A model generated the notes under the pieces. That model was not told where the DNA came from and made no database searches. It worked only from the letters and a program-made list of their open reading frames with translations. A DNA stretch of 64,000 nt. Origin: Planctomycetales bacterium. Its GTDB lineage: Bacteria > 4484-113. The position numbers and the translations under genes were made by a program. Each line of letters starts with the position of its first letter. The first letter of the stretch is position 1. The stretch spans positions 72-64,071 of the forward strand of contig JBBIJQ010000007.1 in assembly GCA_037445915.1 (NCBI GenBank). The letters are read 5' to 3'. Below, piece by piece: positions 1-10,199 of this stretch.

Positions 1-2839
1 CATAACATTCCAGCGCGCCGATGTGAACCGCGCAATCCTCATTCGCGGCGTTGCCAAAGCCCGTGCCCTGCAGCGCGATGTTATCCCCGACGATTTGGAT
101 GTTGGGCGCCAGCGCGTCAAGGCGCGGCAAAACGGTGAAGTCAAAGCTGGACGTTACCTGCGCGCCGTTGATGTCCACCATAACTGCTCCGGTAACGGCA
201 TCTTCGGGGACGGTAACGGTTATGGCGTCGGCTTGCCAATCCACAACCTGCGCCTCTTCCCAATCCGAAACACCGGCAAAGTAAATCTTGTCTATGGCGG
301 GAGTGTAAACGTCGCCTGCATCGGCGATAAAGTAGCTTCCTTCAACCGTGATGCTGGTTCCCGTCTCGGCGGTGTCAATATCAACGCCGGTGATGGAGTG
401 GTTCTTCACATAGGCGGCGATGCTCCCACTGCTGGCCGTAGGCCATTCGTCTTCGGCGTAAACGCTAAGCTCGTGGTAGCCGCCGTGGAAATTGGTCGTT
501 GTCCACGAGTATCCGTAAGGGCCGTCGTTAGTGAAGCTCGCCTTCTCAACGCCGTCAATCAGCAGCTTAACCAGCGTTACGTCCACATCATCCGTGACAT
601 CGGCGGTGAAGCTAGTAATGCCGCTAACGCCTGCGCCCGCGTCCGGCGAGGTAATGTCAATAGTGCAGGGCGGCGTCTTCTTCTCAACCGCGAAGTCGTC
701 AAGCCAATATCCGGCGGCGACTCCGCTCCCGTCTGAATAAAAGAAAAACCCAATCTGGATTGACTGCCCGATGTAACTGTTGAGGCTGTATGTCTTCTGC
801 TCCCAAGACGACAGTGTTCCCGTCCCAAATCCGTCTAGATAGACAAACTCGTAGCTGCCGTCGTTCACCAGCAAATATGCCGCATCTCCGGCGCCTATCG
901 CATAGCGGTGCTTGAACTTCAAGCGCGCCGCCTCCAATCCGTTAAGGTTAATCACCGGCGAGTAGAGCCGGTCAAACTCGCTGTTGCCGTAGTTATTGCC
1001 CCCTGCCCCGCCAAAACGGTAACTGTGGGTGCCGCTTGCGCCCAAGTTATTCACCCTGTGCCAGTAGCCGGAGCCCATTTCATTCAGGTTCCACCAGCCA
1101 GGGTCGCCGCTTTCAAAGTCAATAAAGTAGTTAGGGGCCTGCACATCATTGTCGACCGTTAAAGTTATCGTGTGGCTGCCGGTCATATGCTGGTTATCCA
1201 GCGCTACCGCCTTAAGCTTGTGGCTTCCGTTGATGTATTTGGAAGTATCCCAGGGGCAAGTGTATGGCGCGGTTGTGTCAGTGGCGACAATCACGTCATT
1301 CACGATGAAAAAGACCTTCTGAATGCTGCCGTCGCTGTCGCTTGCGTCAGCGTTGATTGCGACAGTCCCGCTTACAGTGTCAAGGTCGCTTGGCGCTGTG
1401 ATTGAGACGGCGGGCGGCGTTCCAAAGCCGTCATTGACGACAAAGTCCAGAGCGGCGTTTATGTCCAGGCGCTTAATTTCCGCGTTTTGCCACTGGGCAT
1501 CGTCTAGCGGGGCGCCCGTACCTTCCAGCGCTGCGCGAAGCTCGTCCACTGTCAGCGCAGGGTCGTAGCTCAGGAGCAGCGCGGCTGCGCCCGCGACGTG
1601 CGGCGTCGCCATGCTGGTGCCGCTCCAGTTCATATAAGCAGAAGTAGAGACATAACCGCAAGATTTGATGTTAACGCCCGGCGCAGCGATGTCCACCCAC
1701 TGGCCGTAGTTGCTAAAACTTGCGCGGGAATCCGAGGGGCTTTCGGCTGTTGCTCCGACGCAGCAGTTAACCTCATAGTAGCCGGGGTAATAAGGCTTAG
1801 TTGTGTTGGCGTTGGCTGCAGCAACTGCCAGGAAAATGCCTTGGCCGTAAGCATCCTCGCAGGCTGCCTTAGTGGCAGAGCTGGGAGCTGCCCCTCCCAA
1901 GCTCATGCTGATTACGTCAGAGCCGATTTCGGCGCCCAGAACTATCGCTGCCGCAATACGGCTGGAAGGGGCGCCGCCGGTGGGGCCAAACACCCGTATT
2001 TGCACCATGGAAGTTGTGTGCACCACCCCAACCACGCCTTTTGAGTTGTCGCCAACCGCGCCGATGGTGCCAGAGCAGTGGGAGCCGTGGCCATGCCCAT
2101 CCTGCGGCACGTTATCATTCTCAAAGAGGTCAAAAATCTCATCCGGCCAGTGGTCCGGCGGATGCAGGTAGTTGCCGGCCAAATCCTCGTGGTCTGGATA
2201 GCTGCTTACGGTGTTGCCTGAGTAGCGTACGCCTGTATCAATGACGCAGACCAAGACATTGCTGTCGCCCCGCTCCGTGTCCCAAGCGCCGGCCGCGTTG
2301 ATTTTCACCATTCCCCAGAGGTTCGCGGGATAGTCCGGGTCATTGGGAACGTACTGCAAGCTATAGAGGGAATCGTATTCAATGTATTCAACCGCATCGG
2401 CGTAGTCGGCCTTGATGCGCTGCATGATTTCCTTCGCGCAAGCACCGTCCTTCGTCTGGTAGCCGGCGAAGTTCACGCCGCGCACGTAAGCTTCCTTGTC
2501 AAGCTTTACGCCGTATGCATCGCGTATTTCCCGCGCCAGCGCGGCAAGTCCGGTGTTCTGGTAGAGACGCGAGTTGGGATTGTAGTCAGCGCTGCCGGAG
2601 GATGCGCGCGCGGCCTTCGCCCCAGGCTTGAAGCCGACAACGAATCGGTCGGGATAGAAGTCCACGCCCGGGGCGAAATTATCAGCGTCGAAGCCGTAGC
2701 CGCCCGCCTGCGAAACCTGTGAGGCGGGGCTGCCTGATGATGGCAGGGCGGGGGCGATGCGGCTGCGGCCGGACTTGCCGCAGGCGGAGAGGAGTAGCAG
2801 GACTGCTAATACCGCAATGAGCGCGCGCCGGTAATGCAT
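1..2839 (-). CDS. S8 family (subtilisin-like) serine peptidase, predicted lipoprotein; the C-terminal end runs off the window edge, so it has no in-window stop and is absent from the ORF track
   Basis: Reverse-strand translation gives MHYRR..LLLSACGK (signal peptide + lipobox). The catalytic triad motifs VCVIDTGV (~2215), QDGHGHGSHCSGTIG (~2060) and GTSMATPHVAGAAALLLS (~1590) are all in one open frame. No reported minus-strand ORF shares this frame. Confidence 0.8.
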   Translation of the reverse strand, partial: MHYRRALIAVLAVLLLLSACGKSGRSRIAPALPSSGSPASQVSQAGGYGFDADNFAPGVDFYPDRFVVGFKPGAKAARASSGSADYNPNSRLYQNTGLAALAREIRDAYGVKLDKEAYVRGVNFAGYQTKDGACAKEIMQRIKADYADAVEYIEYDSLYSLQYVPNDPDYPANLWGMVKINAAGAWDTERGDSNVLVCVIDTGVRYSGNTVSSYPDHEDLAGNYLHPPDHWPDEIFDLFENDNVPQDGHGHGSHCSGTIGAVGDNSKGVVGVVHTTSMVQIRVFGPTGGAPSSRIAAAIVLGAEIGSDVISMSLGGAAPSSATKAACEDAYGQGIFLAVAAANANTTKPYYPGYYEVNCCVGATAESPSDSRASFSNYGQWVDIAAPGVNIKSCGYVSTSAYMNWSGTSMATPHVAGAAALLLSYDPALTVDELRAALEGTGAPLDDAQWQNAEIKRLDINAALDFVVNDGFGTPPAVSITAPSDLDTVSGTVAINADASDSDGSIQKVFFIVNDVIVATDTTAPYTCPWDTSKYINGSHKLKAVALDNQHMTGSHTITLTVDNDVQAPNYFIDFESGDPGWWNLNEMGSGYWHRVNNLGASGTHSYRFGGAGGNNYGNSEFDRLYSPVINLNGLEAARLKFKHRYAIGAGDAAYLLVNDGSYEFVYLDGFGTGTLSSWEQKTYSLNSYIGQSIQIGFFFYSDGSGVAAGYWLDDFAVEKKTPPCTIDITSPDAGAGVSGITSFTADVTDDVDVTLVKLLIDGVEKASFTNDGPYGYSWTTTNFHGGYHELSVYAEDEWPTASSGSIAAYVKNHSITGVDIDTAETGTSITVEGSYFIADAGDVYTPAIDKIYFAGVSDWEEAQVVDWQADAITVTVPEDAVTGAVMVDINGAQVTSSFDFTVLPRLDALAPNIQIVGDNIALQGTGFGNAANEDCAVHIGALECY

Positions 2840-3053
2840 ATGTAAATTCACCTTGTTAGCGTAATAGCCGAAATGAGCCGAAACACCTTGTATTATACCG
2901 AAAATATACTATCAGCAGCGCGACCGTCCCGGCTGGGCGTAAGCTCTATCTATCCGCCGCTTGGTTTGTGATTTAAGGCTGGCCGCAATATCAAAGCCTT
3001 GCTTGTGAGCCCGGTGCACTCTGTGAGAATTGTTTCGTGAATGAAGTGTTCGC

Positions 3054-4670
3054 CTAAATATACCGCAGGAAGATAAGCGTCATTAGGGCTACGGCGAAGG
3101 TCATAGCCAGCGAGATGACGACTGTCGCCTTGATGACTTTGCTCTCCATCCCGATTTGGTCAATGACCGCGGCCGCGTTTTGGAGCTTGGAAGGGCTGAT
3201 GACCGAAGCCAGTCCTGCGCCGATGCCCGATGCCGCAGCAACCAAGAGCGCTATCTTCAGCGCATGTTCAGGGTCAACCCCGGCATAGACAACATTCACC
3301 GTGTCAAAATGCAGCTTCGTCAGCATCGCAATCGCGGAGCTTTCCGTCCCACTTATGAACCCGCCGAGAAGCCCGAGGAACGGCGCGACGCCCGCATAGA
3401 AAGTCTGGAAAGCGCCGGCGGAAGCGTCGGCGATGACTTTTATCATGTTGGCGTCCGCGCCTACAGGGACAAGCTTATTCGCCCCGTCAACTAGCTGCGG
3501 CGCTTTGCCCGAATAATTGAGGACGTAGGCAATCGCGAAGTAAACCGCCGAAGCGAATGCTGGGCGCGGCGCGCGGCGCATAAACTTGCGCATCGCACAC
3601 GAAAGCTGCGCGCGCTTCATTTGGTAAAACGGGATTGCCAGCAAAGTCGCAATGAAAACCCATGTGTATGCCTGCCATGCGAGGCGCAGCGCGATTGGCT
3701 TTTCCCCAGGGATTACCGGAACCGTCATCGCCCACTGCCGGAAGGTAATGTCATAGATGCCGAAGTCCTTGTAGTTGGTCAGCGCGGCGAAGGCTACAAG
3801 GAGTATCCACGGCAGGAGCGCAAGCCCCAGCCTCATTTTCCTTTCCACCGCGCGATCTTCGTCGGTTTGCTTGTTGCGGTCAATAATGGGCCTGCCAGAG
3901 GCGCGTTGGCAGAAAAGCATGACGATAATGACGCCGATGCCCGCCGCGACGCCAGTGAGTGTAGGAAGCCCGGCGATGTTCATCCCTATTGCGATAAACC
4001 CCGCAGAAAGGCCAGTGGCAAGCGCAATCCAGAAGCCGCGCTTCACTTCCTTCCAGCCGCCGATAAGCCAGAGCATAGCCAGCGCAATTAACGTGGTTAC
4101 AACCGGCATGTAATGCGCGAAGTAAAGCCCGACTTCGGCGGGCGTGAACGGGCGGCCGGTAATGCCGCTTGCCACGTCAGCGAAGATAACCACCGGCACG
4201 CCTAGCAGCGCGTAGGTGCACAGCGCGTCAAAGCCCACCGCGGGCAGCGCGATGGAGATGAACGCGGAGTAGCCCAGCGAGAGCATTATTGGCGGGAGGA
4301 TAGACACCGGCGTCGCGCCCAGCGCGGCGAGGAGCGTGCCCACGCCGACGTTGATGAGCATAATCTGCACTGGCCGGTTGCCGCTGGCGAGCGTCTTCAT
4401 AAACGCGACAAGGCGGCGGATTGCGCCTGCCTCTTCCATCACGTTTATCTGGAAGATGCTGGTGACGACCATAAGGCTCACCGGGAAGCTCGCTATAATG
4501 CCCGCAAGCGACGCCAAAAGGATTACTTCCCAAGGTGTGCGGAAGAAGTATGCTGCGATGAGCGCAGTGTAGATCCAGCCGATGACGCCTGCGATGTCGG
4601 CGCTGCGCCGGCCCCAGGTCATTAGCAGGAAGATTACGACTACCGGCGAAATTGCGAGAATGACTGCCAT
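3054..4670 (-). CDS. L-lactate permease (LctP) family transporter
   Basis: 538 aa polytopic membrane protein. A long stretch (INVMEEAGAIRRL...GATPVSIL...GVPVVIFADVASGITG...) aligns to E. coli LldP (GFGAPVAITAALLVGLGF...GIPILVAGQVTGI). Confidence 0.75.
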   Translation of the reverse strand: MAVILAISPVVVIFLLMTWGRRSADIAGVIGWIYTALIAAYFFRTPWEVILLASLAGIIASFPVSLMVVTSIFQINVMEEAGAIRRLVAFMKTLASGNRPVQIMLINVGVGTLLAALGATPVSILPPIMLSLGYSAFISIALPAVGFDALCTYALLGVPVVIFADVASGITGRPFTPAEVGLYFAHYMPVVTTLIALAMLWLIGGWKEVKRGFWIALATGLSAGFIAIGMNIAGLPTLTGVAAGIGVIIVMLFCQRASGRPIIDRNKQTDEDRAVERKMRLGLALLPWILLVAFAALTNYKDFGIYDITFRQWAMTVPVIPGEKPIALRLAWQAYTWVFIATLLAIPFYQMKRAQLSCAMRKFMRRAPRPAFASAVYFAIAYVLNYSGKAPQLVDGANKLVPVGADANMIKVIADASAGAFQTFYAGVAPFLGLLGGFISGTESSAIAMLTKLHFDTVNVVYAGVDPEHALKIALLVAAASGIGAGLASVISPSKLQNAAAVIDQIGMESKVIKATVVISLAMTFAVALMTLIFLRYI

Positions 4671-4741
4671 GAACCCCCGCCGGGTTTTAAGATGCGCGGA
4701 TTATACAACGGAAAATTGGTAAACGAGAAAGAATTTGAGAG

Positions 4742-5209
4742 TTACGGATTAAGCCGCCAAATTGTATAGTTGAGGAAGCTGGCGAAGGAGACCCATGCGA
4801 GGTAAGGGATGAGGAGCGCTGCTGCCCACGGGCTGACGCGGAAGAAAGTTATGGCCGTCGCGGCTATCGCTGCGAGCAGCACGATTATCGCCAGAAACGC
4901 CCATCCCGGCTGGCGCATGGAGAAGAACAACGCGGACCATATGAGGTTCAGCGCGAGTTGCACCGCCCAAAGAGTTAGTGCAAGCTTGGCTGACGGGGCG
5001 TGGCGCATCCAGACCATCCATGCGGCGAGAGCCATCGTGATGTAAAGCGCTGTCCACACTGGCCCGAATAGCCAACTCGGCGGGTTCCATGCGGGCTTTT
5101 GCAGCGAGCCATACCAGTCTCCAACCCCGAAGGACGTAAGCAATCCGCCGACGGCCGCAACCACGAACACCGCAATAATAAACACCGCAAGCATGAGCCC
5201 TGACTTCAT
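4742..5209 (-). CDS. tspO: TspO/MBR family tryptophan-rich sensory protein
   Basis: 155 aa, 5 TM. Conserved TspO N-terminal motif WYGSLQKPAWNPPSWLFGPVWTALYITMALAAW. Confidence 0.8.
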   Translation of the reverse strand: MKSGLMLAVFIIAVFVVAAVGGLLTSFGVGDWYGSLQKPAWNPPSWLFGPVWTALYITMALAAWMVWMRHAPSAKLALTLWAVQLALNLIWSALFFSMRQPGWAFLAIIVLLAAIAATAITFFRVSPWAAALLIPYLAWVSFASFLNYTIWRLNP

Positions 5210-5276
5210 GTAGTGATTCTAGCAAATCTGCGCGGTCAGCTGTGCTAGAATTGCCGCCTTATTGAGGATTGCTCAC

Positions 5277-7253
5277 ATGACCGAGGAAAAGGGAAACAAG
5301 CGGTTTTATTTAACGACGCCGATTTACTACGTCAACGCGCGGCCGCACCTCGGCACGGCCTACACCACCGTTATTGCTGACATCATCGCGCGCTTCAAGC
5401 GCATGCGCGGCTATGACGTGCTGTTGGTCACTGGAAGCGACGAGAACAGCCAGAAGGTAGTGCAGGCGGCGCGCGATGCGGGCAAGGAGCCGCTGGCATT
5501 TTGCGATGAGATAGTTGAGGCATACCACGCAGTGTGGAAGCTGCTCAACATAGGCGCGTATGAGTTCGTGCGCACGACTGAAGCCAGGCACAAGAAGATG
5601 GTGCAGCACTTTTTCCAGCGCCTCTACGACAGCGGGCATGTTTATAAGGGCGAATACAAAGGCTGGTACTGCACGCCCTGCGAGACCTTCTATACCGAAA
5701 AGGAACTCATTGAAGAAGGGCATTGCCCGAAGTGCGAGCGCGAAACGCACGAAGTATCGGAAGAAGCCTATTTCTTCCGCTTGAGCGCATTCCAGGAATA
5801 CCTTGAAGACTTGTTCAAGCCCGAAAATGAGTTCGTCGTGCCGGAGTTTCGCCTGAACGAAATGCGAGCAAGGCTGCGCGACGGGCTTAACGACGTGTGC
5901 ATAAGCCGCTCCAGCCTGGACTGGGGCATACCGCTGCCTTGGGACGACGGGCATGTGTTCTACGTGTGGGTGGACGCGCTGCTGGCGTATGTGACCGGCA
6001 GCGGCTACGATTCGGACAACCCCACCAAGATGCACTGGTGGCCGGCACAGCTAAACTTGATGGCGAAGGACATTCCGTGGTTCCACGCCGTTATCTTTCC
6101 CGCGATGCTCAAGGCATACAGCAGCTGCGATGGCGGCGGCAAGCTGGAACGGGCAGAACAGATGCTAGTGCACGGCTATTGGATGCTCGGCGAAAGCAAG
6201 ATGAGCAAGAGCAAGGGCGGCGCGGTAACGCCTGAAGAAGTAATTGCGGTTGTGGGCGCGGACGGGCTGCGATACTTCTACGCGCGCGAAATCCCGCTGG
6301 GCTTTGACGGCAACATATCGCTTGAGGCCATAGTCAACCGCTTCAACTACGAGCTTGGCAACGACCTTGGCAACCTGCTAAACCGCCTGATGAACATGAC
6401 CGCGCGCTACTTTGGCGGCGTGGTGCCGGAAAGCCCCAAATACAGCGAAGGTGATTTGGAGCTGGCCAAGCTCATCGCCGAGAAGCGCGAAGCCGCGCTG
6501 GAGCTTATGGACAAGCTGGAGTTCACGCGCGCGATTGAAGAGATATTCGCAGTCATCCGCGAATGCAACAAGCTCATAGACGCGCGCAAGCCATGGACGC
6601 TTAGCAAGGAGCCGCAAAACGCGGGCGAGTTCGCGGGAATGTTCTGCACTCTTGCCGACGCGCTAAAGTGCGTAGCGGTGCTGCTTGCGCCGGTAATGCC
6701 TGCGACTATGCAGTCGCTTTGGGAGCAACTGGGGCTGCCCGGCACGGTTGAAAGCACGGGCGTCTCCGAAGCTGCGCGCCCGTATCCGCGCGGCAACCGC
6801 ATAGGTGAGCCAAAGGTGCTCTTCCCGCGCGTTGACATGAAAGAGCTTGCTAAGGCTGCGGAGAAGCCGCAAGCTGCGCCAAAGCCCGCCAAGGAGGCCG
6901 CGAAAGTAAATGCGCCAAACATCAGTAACATGATTGAATACGACGATTTCATCAAAGTGGAGCTGGTCGCCGCGAAAGTAATCGCTGCCGAGCGCGTGGA
7001 AGGCGCGGACAAGCTGCTTAAGCTCCAAGTTGACGACGGCAGGGGCGGCCGCCAGATAATCGCTGGCATCGCGCAGTGGGTAAAGCCGGAGGATTTGGTT
7101 GGCCTGACTATCCCCATCGTCGCTAACCTGAAGCCCGCAAAGCTGCGCGGCGAGCTTTCTGAAGGGATGCTCCTGGCGGCGCAGGACGGCGCGGGCGGCC
7201 TTTCGGTAGTCGTCTGCCAGAGTGAGATTACCCCAGGGGCGCGCGTTAAATAA
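5277..7253 (+). CDS. metG: methionine--tRNA ligase with C-terminal tRNA-binding (EMAP/Trbp111-like) domain
   Basis: Class I HIGH-type motif (PHLGTAYT), KMSKS, a zinc knuckle (CTPCE...CPKCE) and a C-terminal KVELVAAKVIAAERVEGADKLLKLQVDDG tRNA-binding fold. The ORF track starts at TTG 5262; ATG 5277 is preceded by GAGGA. Confidence 0.95.
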   Translation: MTEEKGNKRFYLTTPIYYVNARPHLGTAYTTVIADIIARFKRMRGYDVLLVTGSDENSQKVVQAARDAGKEPLAFCDEIVEAYHAVWKLLNIGAYEFVRTTEARHKKMVQHFFQRLYDSGHVYKGEYKGWYCTPCETFYTEKELIEEGHCPKCERETHEVSEEAYFFRLSAFQEYLEDLFKPENEFVVPEFRLNEMRARLRDGLNDVCISRSSLDWGIPLPWDDGHVFYVWVDALLAYVTGSGYDSDNPTKMHWWPAQLNLMAKDIPWFHAVIFPAMLKAYSSCDGGGKLERAEQMLVHGYWMLGESKMSKSKGGAVTPEEVIAVVGADGLRYFYAREIPLGFDGNISLEAIVNRFNYELGNDLGNLLNRLMNMTARYFGGVVPESPKYSEGDLELAKLIAEKREAALELMDKLEFTRAIEEIFAVIRECNKLIDARKPWTLSKEPQNAGEFAGMFCTLADALKCVAVLLAPVMPATMQSLWEQLGLPGTVESTGVSEAARPYPRGNRIGEPKVLFPRVDMKELAKAAEKPQAAPKPAKEAAKVNAPNISNMIEYDDFIKVELVAAKVIAAERVEGADKLLKLQVDDGRGGRQIIAGIAQWVKPEDLVGLTIPIVANLKPAKLRGELSEGMLLAAQDGAGGLSVVVCQSEITPGARVK

Positions 7254-7261
7254 GCCCTTTG

Positions 7262-7290
7262 CTTGCAAGCATAAGGAGATTCCCGTATCA
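7262..7290 (+). promoter_or_regulatory. sigma70-like promoter candidate for ftsZ (TTGCAA - 17 bp - TATCAT)
   Basis: Hexamers read directly from the sequence just downstream of the metG stop; spacing is 17 bp. Confidence 0.35.
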
Positions 7291-7485
7291 TAACTGGCTA
7301 AGTTGGAACAGGGTCTGTTTGAGGATCTCCAACAGGACGCGGCCGGGAAGGGCGGGGAGGCTGAATGCCTGCCCATCCTTGAGGCGGGGGATGATATTCC
7401 CGCCCCTGAGCTTTCCGCGCCCGGTGAACCGCCGGAACCGGCGGTATCACCCGTCTTGCCCAGTGCCCAACCCAAGGAGTTCTTG

Positions 7486-8622
7486 ATGGTTAGTGACTTC
7501 TACCGTGAGGAATTGCAGGCGAAAATCAAGGTCGTCGGGATAGGCGGCGGCGGATGCAACGCGCTTGACAGGATGCTTGAAAGCGGGCTGTCCGGCGTTG
7601 ACTTCGTTGCCGTGAACACCGACTACCAAGCGCTGGAGCGCACCAAGGCGCCGCACAAGCTGCAAATAGGCGCGAAGCAAACGCGCGGCCTGGGCAGCGG
7701 CTCCAACCCCGAAATCGGGCGAAAGGCCGCCGAGGAAAGCCGCCAAGACATCGCCGAGCTGCTTAAGGGCGCGGACCTAGTCTTCGTCACCTGCGGCATG
7801 GGCGGCGGCACCGGCACTGGCGCAAGCCCGATGATTGCGAATGTGGCGAAAGAAGCCGGCTCGCTCACAGTCGGCATTATAACCCGCCCGTTTATGTTTG
7901 AAGGCCGCCGCCGCCAGCGCGTGGCTGCGGAAGGGATTGAGAACCTGCGCAAGTGCGTGGACTCGCTAATCGTCATTCCCAACGATAGGCTGCTTTCCCT
8001 AGCCAGCTCCACCACCGGCTTGCAGGAAGCGTTCCTTATGGCCGACGAAGTGCTGCGCCAGGGCGTTACCGGCATCAGCGAATTGATACTCAAGCCCGGC
8101 CTCGTGAACATGGACTTCGCAGACGTTTCAATGGTCATGCGCAATTCAGGCACAGCGCTCATCGGGCTTGGCAGCGCCAGCGGCGAGAACCGCGCGCGCG
8201 TCGCGGTGGAGCAGGCGATAATGTCGCCGCTGCTTGAGAGCAGCATTGACGGCGCGACCGGCGTCCTCATCAACTTCACGGGCGGCAAGGACATGACGCT
8301 GCAGGAAGTTAACGAAGCCGCGATGGTCGTCGCAGACCGCGTTGACCAGGATGCGAACATAATCTTCGGCGCGATAATTGAGCGCGAGCAGGTTGACGAC
8401 GTGCGCGTGATGGTGCTCGCCACCGGATTTTCCTGCGAGCCGCGCATACACGGGAGCTCAAGCGCGCGCCGCGACCAGTCGTCCGTGCTGCGCCCCAAGC
8501 AGGAAACGCGCCAGCGCGAGGACGACTTGATGCCCGCGGAGCCTGAGCCGCGCGCAATCGCCGAAGACGAGGATTTGGACGTGCCGGCGTTCCTGCGCAA
8601 GCACACCATCCACAAGAAGTGA
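7486..8622 (+). CDS. ftsZ: cell division protein FtsZ
   Basis: [14 protein letters not shown] and the tubulin signature [12 protein letters not shown]. The ORF track begins at 7303 (TTG) and adds a 61-aa acidic/Pro-rich extension. ATG 7486 has a perfect AAGGAG 7 nt upstream and matches the canonical FtsZ N-terminus ([23 protein letters not shown]). Confidence 0.95.
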   Translation: MVSDFYREELQAKIKVVGIGGGGCNALDRMLESGLSGVDFVAVNTDYQALERTKAPHKLQIGAKQTRGLGSGSNPEIGRKAAEESRQDIAELLKGADLVFVTCGMGGGTGTGASPMIANVAKEAGSLTVGIITRPFMFEGRRRQRVAAEGIENLRKCVDSLIVIPNDRLLSLASSTTGLQEAFLMADEVLRQGVTGISELILKPGLVNMDFADVSMVMRNSGTALIGLGSASGENRARVAVEQAIMSPLLESSIDGATGVLINFTGGKDMTLQEVNEAAMVVADRVDQDANIIFGAIIEREQVDDVRVMVLATGFSCEPRIHGSSSARRDQSSVLRPKQETRQREDDLMPAEPEPRAIAEDEDLDVPAFLRKHTIHKK

Positions 8623-10172
8623 GCCGAACCTACCCCGGCGAGAAATACATAACGCCGCGCGAGCTTCCGGCGAAGGACCGGCGGTTGCGCATTGCGCTTG
8701 TCTATCCCGACTCCTATATCACAGGCATGAGCAACCTCGGCGTGCAGGCAGTATGGGGGCTTATCCGCGAGCGCACGCCCTTTAACGCAGACCGGTTTTT
8801 CTTCACGCCCGAGCTTGGGCTGCACCCGCATCCTAAAGACGCGCAAGCGCATTCACGCGCGGGGCTGCGCGATTACGACATCATTGCATTTTCATTTCCC
8901 TACGAGCCGCTGTATGTGAACATGCTCGCCGCGCTGAAAATGGCAGGCGTTGGGTTGCGGCCCTCCGAGCGCATCGGCACACCTATCATCGTCGCTGGTG
9001 GATATGCGGTCACAGCAAACCCCATGCCGATTGCAGACTTCGTTGATGTCGCGTTCATCGGCGAAGCTGAGGAAGCGTTCCCACCGTTCCTGGATGCGGC
9101 GTTGGCGAACCTCTCCGCGCTTAAGTCGCCTCGGGGTGTGAAGGCGCGAGATGAGCTGCTTGCACAGTTGCACGGGCGCGAGGGCTTCTTTTGCCCCAAA
9201 ATAGGCGCGGATGAAAGCGTGATGCGGCGCGCGGCAGTTCCCGACCTTTCGCAGTGGGACACTGTTTCCCGCATTATCGCGCGCAACACGGTCTTCGCCA
9301 ACCGCATGCTCATGCAGACATCGCGCGGGTGCGGCGCAAGATGCGCCTTTTGCCTCGCGGGGCATATCACGCGCCCGCTGCGTTATCTTCCCGCTGAGGA
9401 AGTAATGCGCCGCGCGCATTTGGCCGACGGCGTCACCGACCGCATAGGCATCATCGCCGCAGCGCCCACCGACCACCCGCAAATCGCAGACATTGCGCGC
9501 GAGCTTACAGCCGCGAAGTTCAAGCTGTCGTTTTCATCGCTCAAGCTCGCCGCGCTTACCGACGAGCTTGTGCGCATTCTCATTAAAGGCGGGCAGCAAA
9601 CCTTTACCATCGCTCCTGAAGTGCTTGACGAGGAGCACCGGCGCATCATCCGCAAGCCTTTTCCGACGAACGCAGAAATACTCGCGCAAGCGCAACGCCT
9701 CATCGCGCTGGGCGTGCCGAAGCTCAAGTATTACTTCATGCTCGGCTTTGACTTTGAGGATGACGCATACTTGCACGCGCTTGGCGCGTGGCTCACCGTG
9801 CTTGATGACGCAGCATCGCAAGGCGCGGGGAAGCATGCGCGGCCGAAGGTAAGCTTCGCGTTTAGCTACTTTATCCCTAAGGCGCAGACGCCGCTGGAGC
9901 TTGCGCCGATGCAGCCAATAGCTGAGCTTGAACGGCGCAAGGCGCTGGTGAAAAAGCACTACAACGGGCGCGGGGGCTTGAGCTTTGAGAGCGCGCAAGG
10001 CTCGCTGTTGCAGGAACGCCTGTCGCGCGGCGGGCGTGAAGCGGGCGCGCTTGTAGAGTATCTCGCCGAGCACGGCATGTGCGCGTCGTCGGTGAAAGCC
10101 GCGCTGCAAGCTCTCGCCGTGGAAGCCAAGGCGGCATCGCCCGTGCGCGCATGGCCCACGCTCGCGCACTGA
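8619..10172 (+). CDS. radical SAM protein, class B-like (B12-binding-type N-terminal domain)
   Basis: CxxxCxxC motif [11 protein letters not shown]. The N-terminal [27 protein letters not shown] resembles cobalamin-binding rSAM N-domains. The GTG start overlaps the ftsZ TGA by 4 nt. Confidence 0.7.
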   Translation: MSRTYPGEKYITPRELPAKDRRLRIALVYPDSYITGMSNLGVQAVWGLIRERTPFNADRFFFTPELGLHPHPKDAQAHSRAGLRDYDIIAFSFPYEPLYVNMLAALKMAGVGLRPSERIGTPIIVAGGYAVTANPMPIADFVDVAFIGEAEEAFPPFLDAALANLSALKSPRGVKARDELLAQLHGREGFFCPKIGADESVMRRAAVPDLSQWDTVSRIIARNTVFANRMLMQTSRGCGARCAFCLAGHITRPLRYLPAEEVMRRAHLADGVTDRIGIIAAAPTDHPQIADIARELTAAKFKLSFSSLKLAALTDELVRILIKGGQQTFTIAPEVLDEEHRRIIRKPFPTNAEILAQAQRLIALGVPKLKYYFMLGFDFEDDAYLHALGAWLTVLDDAASQGAGKHARPKVSFAFSYFIPKAQTPLELAPMQPIAELERRKALVKKHYNGRGGLSFESAQGSLLQERLSRGGREAGALVEYLAEHGMCASSVKAALQALAVEAKAASPVRAWPTLAH

Positions 10173-10199
10173 CCCGCGCCGCTATGCTAGACTAAGCGC

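Noticed and set aside
5310-6035. 241-aa minus-strand ORF inside metG, and similar long antisense ORFs (6407..7291, 6663..7475, 7623..8852 in ftsZ, 11239..11844 and 12136..12672 in topA, 14031..14792 in dprA, 17322..18041, 51083..51991 in priA, 58838..59746 in gyrA)
   Set aside because: They are typical spurious open frames in GC-rich DNA, antisense to strongly conserved genes. Their Arg/Ala/Pro-rich low-complexity translations have no recognisable motifs.
7303-7485. 61-aa N-terminal extension of FtsZ from the TTG start in the ORF track
   Set aside because: It is low-complexity acidic/Pro-rich sequence with no RBS, whereas ATG 7486 has a perfect AAGGAG and yields the canonical FtsZ N-terminus. 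It is kept only as a possibility in the ftsZ finding.
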